DNA of 64,000 bases from a virus (taxonomy: Duplodnaviria > Caudoviricetes): IMG/VR virus record IMGVR_UViG_3300037067_018912, positions 224,001 to 288,000 of that record, one strand, 5' to 3'. The translations under genes and the position numbers were made by a program. This document shows positions 29,869 through 38,141 of this stretch, piece after piece. Positions within the stretch are counted from its first letter, which is position 1, and each line of letters begins with the position of its first letter. The notes under the pieces were generated by a model, which ran no database searches, was not told the origin of the DNA, and worked only from the letters and a program-made list of their open reading frames with translations.

Positions 29869-29997
29869 CAAAATATCAGAACAATGAAAGTATTGGTTCG
29901 AGTCCAAGGTGGGATAATTCAGATGGCGCAGTAATGCTAAAAGTATTCCTGAACATCCTACCGCAAGGTAAAACGGATGCCTTCTGATATTTTATAT

Positions 29998-30073
29998 GCT
30001 GCGTTCGGCAAGTCCGGTTCAAGCCACCAGACCTTCAATCTGGTCATCATGGGTTCAAATCCCATACGCAGTA
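29998..30073 (+). tRNA. tRNA-Glu(TTC), C33
   Basis: CCAGA-CC-TTC-AA-TCTGG. Confidence 0.82.
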
Positions 30074-30271
30074 CAATCCTCGAAAATCAGTGGTTATCAT
30101 TTGTCCGCTGAAGACAAACAGTAAAGCAAAAAAATCGGGGCATACCCCCGCATCAGAGAGTCACTGAAACTTTACAACCCTTCCAAGAGGGTGTCGTTTG
30201 TTGAAAGATGCATAGTTTCCTCATAATTAAGGAGGTATTGCATTCCAACTTGGTAGTGGACGGACAATCAT

Positions 30272-30343
30272 GCTCGGTTCTTCTAACGGTCAGGAATTCG
30301 GGTTTTCATCCCGGCAATGGGGGTTCGATTCCCCCACCGAGTA
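30272..30343 (+). tRNA. tRNA-Glu(TTC)
   Basis: TCGGG-TT-TTC-AT-CCCGG. Confidence 0.88.
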
Positions 30344-30347
30344 CTAA

Positions 30348-30412
30348 TAATGTTGGTTATATCATACATTAAGTGGTAAAATTAAGGTTAATGTTGGTTA
30401 TATCATACATTA
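30348..30412. repeat. 24-nt direct repeat in tRNA spacer
   Basis: taatgttggttatatcatacatta occurs twice. Confidence 0.8.
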
Positions 30413-30448
30413 TGGAGTGTTTTTGTTAAACATATTTTACATTATCAT

Positions 30449-30521
30449 GTTCGGTTCTTCTAACTGGCCAGGAAAATAGGTTCTCAGCCTAAGAATAAGG
30501 GTTCGACCCCCTTACCGAATA
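30449..30521 (+). tRNA. tRNA-Glu(CTC)
   Basis: TAGG-TT-CTC-AG-CCTA. Confidence 0.85.
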
Positions 30522-30527
30522 CTTGAA

Positions 30528-30605
30528 GTCCTTTTAGTTCAGTTGGTTCAGAATGCCGCTTTCACAGAGCGGAGGTCGTTGGTTCGAATCCAACAAAGGA
30601 CACCA
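30528..30605 (+). tRNA. tRNA-Val(CAC)
   Basis: CCGCT-TT-CAC-AG-AGCGG, CCA encoded. Confidence 0.92.
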
Positions 30606-30695
30606 AATCAAACAAAAGCCAGTAAATGGCATTTAGTGTCTTTTGTTTGAAATTGGCAACGAACGATATTTAGTGCCAAAATTGTGATAATTTTC

Positions 30696-30769
30696 GCTCC
30701 TTTAACTCAGTCCGGGAGAGTGTCTGCCTTACATGCAGAAAGTCGGGGGTTCAAACCCCTCAAGGAGCA
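30696..30769 (+). tRNA. tRNA-Val(TAC)
   Basis: TCTGC-CT-TAC-AT-GCAGA. Confidence 0.92.
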
Positions 30770-30822
30770 CAAAACTATAAATCGGCAGCAAACGGCATTT
30801 AGTGCCGATTTATAGTTTACAA

Positions 30823-30897
30823 GTCCCTTTAGTTCAGTTGGTTCAGAACATCACCTTGACAGGGTGGGGGTCGTTGGTTCGAATCCAACAGGGGACA
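30823..30897 (+). tRNA. tRNA-Val(GAC)
   Basis: TCACC-TT-GAC-AG-GGTGG. Confidence 0.92.
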
Positions 30898-30995
30898 CAT
30901 GGGTTTGCAGACTTGGACAACAAATATGTCGGCAATTGCCAATATATCTTCCAACAAGATATAATACGCTGATATTGGTCTGTGAACCTATACCT

Positions 30996-31079
30996 CTCAT
31001 TGTGGTGGAATTGGTAGACACGTGCGTTCGAGGGGCGCATGCACGAAAGTGTTTGCGGGTTCAACTCCCGCCGATGAGA
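30996..31079 (+). tRNA. tRNA-Leu(GAG)
   Basis: TGCGT-TC-GAG-GG-GCGCA, long V arm GCAC-GAAA-GTGT. Confidence 0.88.
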
Positions 31080-31087
31080 CAATAAAT

Positions 31088-31161
31088 GCGGACGTAGCCG
31101 AATTGGCATAGGCGTCAGTCTTAGGAACTGATTTTTGTGGGTTCAAGTCCCACCGTCCGTA
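31088..31161 (+). tRNA. tRNA-Leu(TAG), short variable loop
   Basis: TCAGT-CT-TAG-GA-ACTGA followed by only a short T-rich loop. Confidence 0.85.
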
Positions 31162-31303
31162 CAAAAGGTGCATGACAGCAATAAGCAGTTTGGACTGCAT
31201 CACCTGTGCCGAGTTATCCTTAAATGTGAAGGAGTAATACCTTCTGAGTCTTTACATGACACTGCTTTATGTGTATTGGTTGGATAACTAAAAAGGCACA
31301 CAT

Positions 31304-31377
31304 GCAGATGTAGCCGAACTGGTATAGGCAATCGTTTCAGGGGCGATAATCTGCGGGTTCGACTCCCGCCATCTGTA
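31304..31377 (+). tRNA. tRNA-Leu(CAG), short variable loop
   Basis: ATCGT-TT-CAG-GG-GCGAT. Confidence 0.85.
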
Positions 31378-31458
31378 CGACCTTATTTTGGGTAACGAAG
31401 CCAATAGTCCCAAACACTCAGGTAGAAAATAATGGTTTCTGCATAAGGACAACTATAT

Positions 31459-31532
31459 GGGGTCGTAGCATAACTGGCTAATGCACCTGCCTTGCAAGCA
31501 GGGGACTGAGGGTTCAAGTCCCTTCGATTCCA
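31459..31532 (+). tRNA. tRNA-Ala(TGC)
   Basis: CCTGC-CT-TGC-AA-GCAGG, G3.U70. Confidence 0.92.
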
Positions 31533-31601
31533 CGCTGTCGGGTTTTTCGCACTTTTAGATTTCCGTGAGGTCAATTGACTGAGAAAGAAAAAGTGCAATT
31601 T

Positions 31602-31676
31602 GGGTCATTAGTTTAGACGGCTAAAACACTTGGTTTGCACCCAGGAGATCACGAGTTCGAGGCTCGTATGTATCCA
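31602..31676 (+). tRNA. tRNA-Ala(TGC), bulged acceptor stem
   Basis: CTTGG-TT-TGC-AC-CCAGG. Confidence 0.75.
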
Positions 31677-31741
31677 CCTGACGGGACTGTTTAGGATTTT
31701 CATAGGACTCCCAATGCAGTGCGCATAGAAAATCCAATTCC

Positions 31742-31815
31742 GGGGTCGTAGTTCAAATGGATAGAGCACCTGCCTGGCAGGCAGGGGGTTGAGGGTTCAA
31801 GTCCCTTCGATTCCA
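31742..31815 (+). tRNA. tRNA-Ala(GGC)
   Basis: CCTGC-CT-GGC-AG-GCAGG. Confidence 0.92.
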
Positions 31816-31881
31816 CTGAGACAGACTGTTAGGATTTCATAGTACCTGCTGCGTGTGGGTAGAAGCGTAGAAATTCAAATT

Positions 31882-31955
31882 GGGGTATTGGTTCAGATGG
31901 CTACAACGTCTGCTCCGCAAGCAGAAGACCGGGGGTTCGAGTCCCCCATACTCCA
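31882..31955 (+). tRNA. tRNA-Ala(CGC), C33
   Basis: TCTGC-TC-CGC-AA-GCAGA. Confidence 0.85.
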
Positions 31956-31963
31956 CAACAAAT

Positions 31964-32042
31964 GTAGTAGCATCCATTGGTGAGGTAAGCGGTCTCCAAA
32001 ACCGTGCCGAAAGGTGTGTGGGTTCGAATCCTACCTACTGCG
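31964..32042 (+). tRNA. tRNA-Trp(CCA) with variable arm
   Basis: GCGGT-CT-CCA-AA-ACCGT then GCC-GAAA-GGT. Confidence 0.8.
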
Positions 32043-32358
32043 CAACATTAATTAAATAAGAAAGCGAGGCGTGTTTTCAAACTGCGAATCAAGAATAGAA
32101 ATAAGATTTGGTGGTGGCGATTCGTTCACTACAATTATTTCCACAGAAGATTATTCCGTGAATTCTATGTGCAAAGGAAAAGATTCACAGAACGACAGAT
32201 TAGGAAATACCATTTGTACCAAAAACTCGATGATCTGATTACCTTCCGATGGTGCAAATTGTATCACAGGTTGTTATTTTGGCTCGAAGAATAAATTCCT
32301 GTATTTATTGATAACAACATTTGCTTTTATGCGTATAATGTTATAATTTTGATTTATC

Positions 32359-33102
32359 ATGTACATCATTGCAAAAAAGAAAGACTATTACGACGGGGTC
32401 GCCGGAACGGTAGGAATTGACAAGACTATTGTCTATGACCGCCAAATCGTTGAACTCGAAATCGACAAGATGCCGAAACTCTTTGGAGTTAAAAAGGGTT
32501 TTTGGGGTCTTTCGTACAAGGAAACGCCATTCAGGAAACTATCGTACCACAGCCTGAAAAGGGAATGTAAAAATGTGTGCGATGAGCATGCGTTCTTTAT
32601 TATAGGGTTCTGCGGTAAGTTCTACATTGGTTGGAAATTGTATAAGGAAGTTCGGTTCGGATGGAATGGGGTGCACGACCGGATTACAACTACGATCACA
32701 TACGACATGGATTACATCAAAACAATCCTTGAACCAAAAAGTTGGCATGGCAATCTTGCAGATAGTATTGATTACATCAAATCATACAACCCCTTGCAGA
32801 TTTTCAGGGATTTGAAAACACCCGTGTTCGTTTTCGATAGCGATTATAACAGAACGTGGATCAGTAAGAACGTATATAACGACCATAGTCCGAAGTTCTT
32901 TGTCAATCCCCTTTTGAAGGATTACGAATTCCCCAAAGTTTTCGATGCTTTTCAAACATTCCAAGAGATACAAATGTTTATCAGTGGAGTATTGGGTACA
33001 GGTGAAAAAGACATGGTCGAGATCGCCGACAAATATAAGATAATGGAGCATGGGTTCGACTATAAATGGTCTTTCAGAAAAGAACCGGAGGCGAAGAAAT
33101 GA
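32359..33102 (+). CDS. Hypothetical phage protein
   Basis: 247-aa ORF, MYIIAKKKDYYDG...HGFDYKWSFRK. Confidence 0.8.
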   Translation: MYIIAKKKDYYDGVAGTVGIDKTIVYDRQIVELEIDKMPKLFGVKKGFWGLSYKETPFRKLSYHSLKRECKNVCDEHAFFIIGFCGKFYIGWKLYKEVRFGWNGVHDRITTTITYDMDYIKTILEPKSWHGNLADSIDYIKSYNPLQIFRDLKTPVFVFDSDYNRTWISKNVYNDHSPKFFVNPLLKDYEFPKVFDAFQTFQEIQMFISGVLGTGEKDMVEIADKYKIMEHGFDYKWSFRKEPEAKK

Positions 33103-33258
33103 ACGGGTTAAGCAGGGAGGAATTAAGAGAGGTGTTAAGCAAACCTCCCCATAAACCAAACACAGACACAATAATCTGTTCAGAAAAATTCGCAGAGGCA
33201 TTGAAAAAAGCATTGGATGATTACGAAAATAACCGGAAGTCTACAATAAAAAAGGATT

Positions 33259-33462
33259 ATGGAAGAAAGAAGATTTTTTGAAATACACAGATCAGATGCC
33301 ATCAAGGTGTTGCTTTCAAAGGAAAAGACCCCAAGCCTCCACACCAATCTCAGGTTGGCGGAACTGCTTGAGGAACGTTTCCCGAAGAAAGACAGGCATT
33401 ACATTGTCAAGGAAGATGATATTGAATTGAACGATAATGCGTTGACTTCATCAACTTTTTAA
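33259..33462 (+). CDS. Hypothetical protein
   Basis: 67-aa ORF in a tightly packed run. Confidence 0.55.
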   Translation: MEERRFFEIHRSDAIKVLLSKEKTPSLHTNLRLAELLEERFPKKDRHYIVKEDDIELNDNALTSSTF

Positions 33463-33672
33463 ATGGGTGCTTTCGATAACATCAAAGGTGATATCAAGGC
33501 TCAACTTGATAAAATTGATTATCAAGGCGATTTGAGTGATATTGGTAACGAAATCGGTATTGCAATCGGAAAATACGTCCGTGAGAAAGATGATGATTCG
33601 GGTTGGGATTTAACGGATTTCATCCACGGTGTGAAACACGGGATTTCTTTGGTAAACGGTACACATTCATGA
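33463..33672 (+). CDS. Hypothetical protein
   Basis: 69-aa ORF abutting the previous ORF. Confidence 0.6.
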   Translation: MGAFDNIKGDIKAQLDKIDYQGDLSDIGNEIGIAIGKYVREKDDDSGWDLTDFIHGVKHGISLVNGTHS

Positions 33673-33754
33673 AAAACGTTTATTTTTCATGAAAAACGTT
33701 TATCTTTCATGTGATTTTATGAAAAACATTTATTATTAACGTTCTTTAACATCA

Positions 33755-34117
33755 GGGGGTGCTTTGGCTTTGACAGCGTGAACGGGATATGACGCAAGCA
33801 AGTGGTAGTTGAATCGGACTACCTTAAAAAGGTTCAAAACAATAGAAGCAGAGGATATAATGTCCATTCCAACTTCCCTCACAAGGGGAAGAAGCGTTTT
33901 CGTTGAGAGTGCTGAACTCATCGCAGCGTAAGGAAGCAACAAACGGCAAAAAACTTCCCAAATCATTCAGGTCTTTTGAAATCTGGTTTTTGGAAGATAC
34001 AGGAAGTAAAATAAAAGAATTGAATCAGATATGTTGACTGTTCTGAAAAACAGTATAAACTTGTAGAAAACGCATTGATCGCATGTTTGGACCGGGGTTC
34101 GACTCCCCGCACCTCCA
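33755..34117 (+). ncRNA. ssrA: tmRNA
   Basis: 5' GGGGGTG...TTTGAC, 3' GGGGTTCGACTCCCCGCACCTCCA with G3.U70; internal tag ORF 33848-33931 ending ELIAA-stop. Confidence 0.93.
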
Positions 34118-34143
34118 CTTAAACAATTGTAAATTAATTATTT

Positions 34144-34578
34144 ATGAGTCTCGACATTAAAAAAATGATAAAACAAATGAGGGAATGGAGTCAGTCTGAT
34201 GAAGGCAGGGCATTTTTCGAACAGCGAAAAGTTGAGCATGAAATCAGATTACAACGTTTCAAAAGATTTGAAAAATACCTTGAGACTCACGACTTTGATG
34301 AATTGATGTATCGATTGATACTCGAACACGACGACGAGTATCGTGAAAAATGCCGAGAAAAGGGATTCGAGGACTATCCGAACAACAAATTGCAGTTCGT
34401 CTTCGACTATGTTGTATACAACACAGAAAGACTTGATCCGACACCCAATGAAATTATTTCAGACTTCCCGGAGGAAGCATATGAGTTCAAAGGGTATTAT
34501 TTCCAAATCATATTCGGGCAAGGGAGTTTCATCCGCATATTCAATAAAGAGGACAAAAAACTGCTATTGGCCGTTTAA
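34144..34578 (+). CDS. Hypothetical protein
   Basis: 144-aa ORF. Confidence 0.75.
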   Translation: MSLDIKKMIKQMREWSQSDEGRAFFEQRKVEHEIRLQRFKRFEKYLETHDFDELMYRLILEHDDEYREKCREKGFEDYPNNKLQFVFDYVVYNTERLDPTPNEIISDFPEEAYEFKGYYFQIIFGQGSFIRIFNKEDKKLLLAV

Positions 34579-34581
34579 TCC

Positions 34582-34668
34582 GGCTCTGTGATGAAATTGG
34601 TAGTACATGCTGGTCTTAAAAACCAGTGGTCCGCAAGGATCGTGTCGGTTCAACTCCGATCAGAGCCA
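34582..34668 (+). tRNA. tRNA-Leu(TAA)
   Basis: CTGGT-CT-TAA-AA-ACCAG, long V arm. Confidence 0.88.
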
Positions 34669-34683
34669 CAAAAACAAAATCAA

Positions 34684-34959
34684 ATGGAACTATCGTCTGA
34701 ATTAAAAAAAGTGGTTCAAATCGAAATCCGGAAGGACTGTCGTGAGGAAGCAATAAGAATCCTTGAACTCGCCGATGAAAAAGACCGGGAGGATTTCCTC
34801 AAGTACCACCGACAGGATTTGGGAAACCTCTGTTGTTCAGTTCTTGACTATGCAAAGAAAAAATTGGTTGAAGAGGGTAAGATAGAACAAAAAGAAGGTG
34901 ATTGTTTCGAAGACCCATATAAATGGTTGGAAGAAAATGGCGATAAGAAAGGGAAATAA
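34684..34959 (+). CDS. Hypothetical protein
   Basis: Start MELSSELKK after the tRNA. Confidence 0.65.
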   Translation: MELSSELKKVVQIEIRKDCREEAIRILELADEKDREDFLKYHRQDLGNLCCSVLDYAKKKLVEEGKIEQKEGDCFEDPYKWLEENGDKKGK

Positions 34960-35059
34960 TGATTGTGGTTGCGGTAAACCTGTCAGGAATTCTGATAAAA
35001 AGAACGGCAAAGGAAAACCTCCGGTGAAAAAGACTGTGACTAAAAGAAAATAAGCATAT

Positions 35060-35133
35060 GCCCATGTGATGGAACTGGTATACGTGTTCGTCTCAAAAGC
35101 GAAATTTTGTGGGTTCGAATCCCACCTTGGGCA
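35060..35133 (+). tRNA. tRNA-Leu(CAA), short variable loop
   Basis: TTCGT-CT-CAA-AA-GCGAA. Confidence 0.85.
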
Positions 35134-35398
35134 CAATTTGAAAACTTTCTCGTTATTGTAACGAATTACAATTTCCATCGTATTATCTTTGTATATGGCC
35201 ATTATGATGGAAAAGGACAAGAAGGACTACAAATTCGAATATTACAAGCCTCCAAAGAACGAATTGACTTGGAGGGAAGCCTTGTTGATATACGGAATTA
35301 TCATTGGCGGGAATGTTCTTATTATTATCATAATCATATTATCAGTAAAAAAATGGTGATTTCATTCTGTTCAGCGTATTTATGACAAACGGTTCACC

Positions 35399-35659
35399 AT
35401 GAAAAAGATTACCGATATCATTAATGAAGAACTTGTCAAGTTGAATGAACTTGCAGGAGAAAAATATTATCAATGGACGGATAAATCCGGAAGGGGCGAA
35501 AAACCACTAAAACTCGCCAAATCAAATATTGCAAAAACCTGGGATTTGGACGAAGAAGATTGGTTTGGCAAGACATTGGGTGAATTTCTTGAGGAAAGTT
35601 ACATCGGTGATGTTTGGGAGACCCGAACTGAAAAACTTGAATGCATTGGAATATATTAA
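35399..35659 (+). CDS. Hypothetical protein, IINEE N-terminal family
   Basis: MKKITDIINEELVKLNE; GTATTTAT upstream. Confidence 0.75.
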   Translation: MKKITDIINEELVKLNELAGEKYYQWTDKSGRGEKPLKLAKSNIAKTWDLDEEDWFGKTLGEFLEESYIGDVWETRTEKLECIGIY

Positions 35660-35730
35660 TCACATAAACACAACAAAATGAAGAAAATTACTGATGCCTT
35701 GTAGGTTGCTCACATGCTGCCACAAGGAAA

Positions 35731-36024
35731 ATGTACAAAAATTTAGTTAAATCGACCACCAATCGTGGTGAGTTTAATCGTGCTTATAAAGCATATCTTG
35801 AATCAACAAAAGCAGAAATTCATTGCTCCCGCTGCCCATATCATCGTAATGAAAACGATGACAGAAAATATTACGGCGGATATCGCAGGATGAACGGTCA
35901 TTTATCAATAAGTTTCCCTAATTGGAAACTCGTTTCGAAAAACCGCAAGCAATGGATGAAAAAACCAATGAAAATTATTACAGAGGTCAAACACGACCGT
36001 GAATACACTGAAATTAAATTTTAG
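35731..36024 (+). CDS. Small basic hypothetical protein
   Basis: 97 aa, CSRCPYH, NWKLVSKNRKQW. Confidence 0.65.
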   Translation: MYKNLVKSTTNRGEFNRAYKAYLESTKAEIHCSRCPYHRNENDDRKYYGGYRRMNGHLSISFPNWKLVSKNRKQWMKKPMKIITEVKHDREYTEIKF

Positions 36025-36038
36025 TGTATTCCTTTTAT

Positions 36039-36111
36039 GCCGCTATCGCTCCAAAGGTTAGGACGATTCTCTCATAAGGAATAGATCATGGTTCGACTCC
36101 ATGTAGCGGTA
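36039..36111 (+). tRNA. tRNA-Met/Ile2(CAT)
   Basis: ATTCT-CT-CAT-AA-GGAAT. Confidence 0.8.
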
Positions 36112-36114
36112 CAA

Positions 36115-36474
36115 TTATTCCAGCATGTCTTTCTTCTTCTTGCCTTCCTTAATGTAATATTTGTCTTGTACATTTTGAACGGCCTGCGTTTGCATAGGGT
36201 TCAACTTGTTCAAGAACGGTTTGAAAAAGGAAATGAGTAGGGGATATCTCACCAAAATGTTTGCAATATCCTCACCCTCGAAATTATCTAAATGAAACCT
36301 GTATCTGTCGATCAACATTGGGTTGTTTAACAATTCATCGGCCATTTTCTTGCTTCTTTTCTTTGGATCGGCAGCAAAAAACTGAAATTTTTCATCCATA
36401 TCGCTTGGTATGTTGAATGTCGGGTCGACCCTTTCCATGACTTCGAAAAGCCGTTGCCTGTTGTCTTTTTTCAT
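36115..36474 (-). CDS. Hypothetical protein, MKK..LFE N-terminal family
   Basis: MKKDNRQRLFEVMERVDPTF. Confidence 0.75.
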   Translation of the reverse strand: MKKDNRQRLFEVMERVDPTFNIPSDMDEKFQFFAADPKKRSKKMADELLNNPMLIDRYRFHLDNFEGEDIANILVRYPLLISFFKPFLNKLNPMQTQAVQNVQDKYYIKEGKKKKDMLE

Positions 36475-36478
36475 GCTA

Positions 36479-37321
36479 TTATACGATTATTCCTTCCACC
36501 CAATCACTATCGCCAGATTCTGCCACTTGTTTTACTCCTCCCTGACCAAATTGTAAGGTTTTAATCACTTTATCGTCAAGAAGTTTCCCAAGCAATTCAT
36601 CGGAAAGCGGTATATAGGATATTCCACGGGCGAAACTTCTTTTAAGAGGTGCTTGAAGTACTTCAGCATTTTGCGTTTCAACGAACGTCACTTCGGCATT
36701 TCTATATCTTCCACGTTTTATCATATAGTCGAAGAATTTGTTCAGATATTCCATTTCCACGCTATTGGCAAACATACTCGGAGTTATTGTCATTATGTAA
36801 TATTTCCCATCAAGATTAAGTATTATGGCGATCAAAATCCTTGCATTATTTTGTTTAGTCACATCCGACACCTCCATTTGATCTGTGTTTACTGGAGTTA
36901 TTTTAAATCCAAGACCCATTGAATTGATCCTGTCTGCCTCCCATAAAAAATAACGTCCGTGTGGATTACCTTGACGTAATTGATCCTTATTAGAGAACAA
37001 TTTGACATGTATCATTTCATGTGCCATCACATCCTTGAATATGCGATACGACATTCTGTAAAAATTAGACATGGCCAAGTGCTCAACTAATATCTCCTCG
37101 CTCACCCTGTTCCTTTTATATTTGACGTGACCCAATGCACGTTTCCTGGTGCTCCACACCATCGGTACTCTCGGCAACTTATTCTCAAAAAGTTGCACGT
37201 TTAATCTGTCGTATTCATGTTGTAAATCGATCTGTTTTGGATCGATGAATTCATCGTCACGATATTCAACATATTCATTAATGAACTTGCCGATTTCCTC
37301 ATTTATTATTGTTTTCAACAT
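36479..37321 (-). CDS. SprT-like zinc metalloprotease, IINEE N-terminus
   Basis: YDRLNVQLFENKLP...MAHEMIHV...PHGRYF. Confidence 0.8.
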   Translation of the reverse strand: MLKTIINEEIGKFINEYVEYRDDEFIDPKQIDLQHEYDRLNVQLFENKLPRVPMVWSTRKRALGHVKYKRNRVSEEILVEHLAMSNFYRMSYRIFKDVMAHEMIHVKLFSNKDQLRQGNPHGRYFLWEADRINSMGLGFKITPVNTDQMEVSDVTKQNNARILIAIILNLDGKYYIMTITPSMFANSVEMEYLNKFFDYMIKRGRYRNAEVTFVETQNAEVLQAPLKRSFARGISYIPLSDELLGKLLDDKVIKTLQFGQGGVKQVAESGDSDWVEGIIV

Positions 37322-37332
37322 GCCGCACAATG

Positions 37333-38064
37333 TTAAAAGTAAATTCTGCAGGTTTGAGTGTTGAAATCGAAATCAAGTCCCATGACGTACAACGATTTGT
37401 TGAGTGCAAGGACGACATTATCTTCCGTTTCAAATTTCCAATCAACCTCGGCGATGTTCTTAACAGTTTCTTGGACGACTTCATCGGATTGCCTGTCAAG
37501 GAATTGAAGTTTATATTGACCCTCGACTTTTTCACCGTGGACTGCGAAATTCTCGATGCCGTATCCGTTTACCCAAAAAACCACCTGCCATGTGACGGCG
37601 ATGTTGCTCTCCGATATATCGGTGTCGTATTCGCTTGAAAATGATGCATAATTATAAAAACCGACCTTGGCACTGTTCACAGGTTGAATGAAATTGAAAT
37701 TTTCGCCGCCAACAACAACAGTCCCGCTATTATAACTTCTTTGAATTTCCTCTTTTATGATATTTTTCAGATCATTGGCAACATTTCTCATGTGTTTATT
37801 GTCTTTATAAACAAATCTTTTGTTATGGTTGTCATAAAGTGCTTTGCCAGTTGCATCAATAATTTGAATAACTTCAAACGGTGAAGATATTTGTGTCGTT
37901 TGAACAACTTTTAGTGCGTCCTCCAATTCAAATTTTTGTACGTTTGGGTCTGAAAAGGGTTTATTTGTGTAATATACCGAATATGGATAACCAGGACCCC
38001 TGTATTCACCAACATACCCTTTCTCACCGTGTGAAACTTTTCTAATGACAACAGGATTTTCCAT
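37333..38064 (-). CDS. Hypothetical protein
   Basis: 243-aa ORF, internal LKNIIKEEI. Confidence 0.75.
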   Translation of the reverse strand: MENPVVIRKVSHGEKGYVGEYRGPGYPYSVYYTNKPFSDPNVQKFELEDALKVVQTTQISSPFEVIQIIDATGKALYDNHNKRFVYKDNKHMRNVANDLKNIIKEEIQRSYNSGTVVVGGENFNFIQPVNSAKVGFYNYASFSSEYDTDISESNIAVTWQVVFWVNGYGIENFAVHGEKVEGQYKLQFLDRQSDEVVQETVKNIAEVDWKFETEDNVVLALNKSLYVMGLDFDFNTQTCRIYF

Positions 38065-38141
38065 TAATCAACTATTTTTTTATAAATACTTGACAATCGT
38101 TTAAAATTGTAGTTGTTTTGTTATAATAATATCGTGTTGTT

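Noticed and set aside
29318-31598. Track ORFs overlapping tRNA arrays (also 25211-26614, 40812-41849, 48791-50571, 52814-54413)
   Set aside because: They are shadow frames of tRNA genes with no protein-like features
33667-33735. Short tandem repeats (tcatgaaaaacgtttat) and those at 25436, 26587 and 30348 as CRISPR arrays
   Set aside because: Only 2-3 units, no series of unique spacers of regular length, and no cas genes in the window
35678-35749. Cys-containing mini ORF MKKLLMPCRLLTCCHKENVQKFS as a fifth attenuator leader
   Set aside because: No terminator or antiterminator follows, and the next tRNA has a CAT anticodon, not Cys
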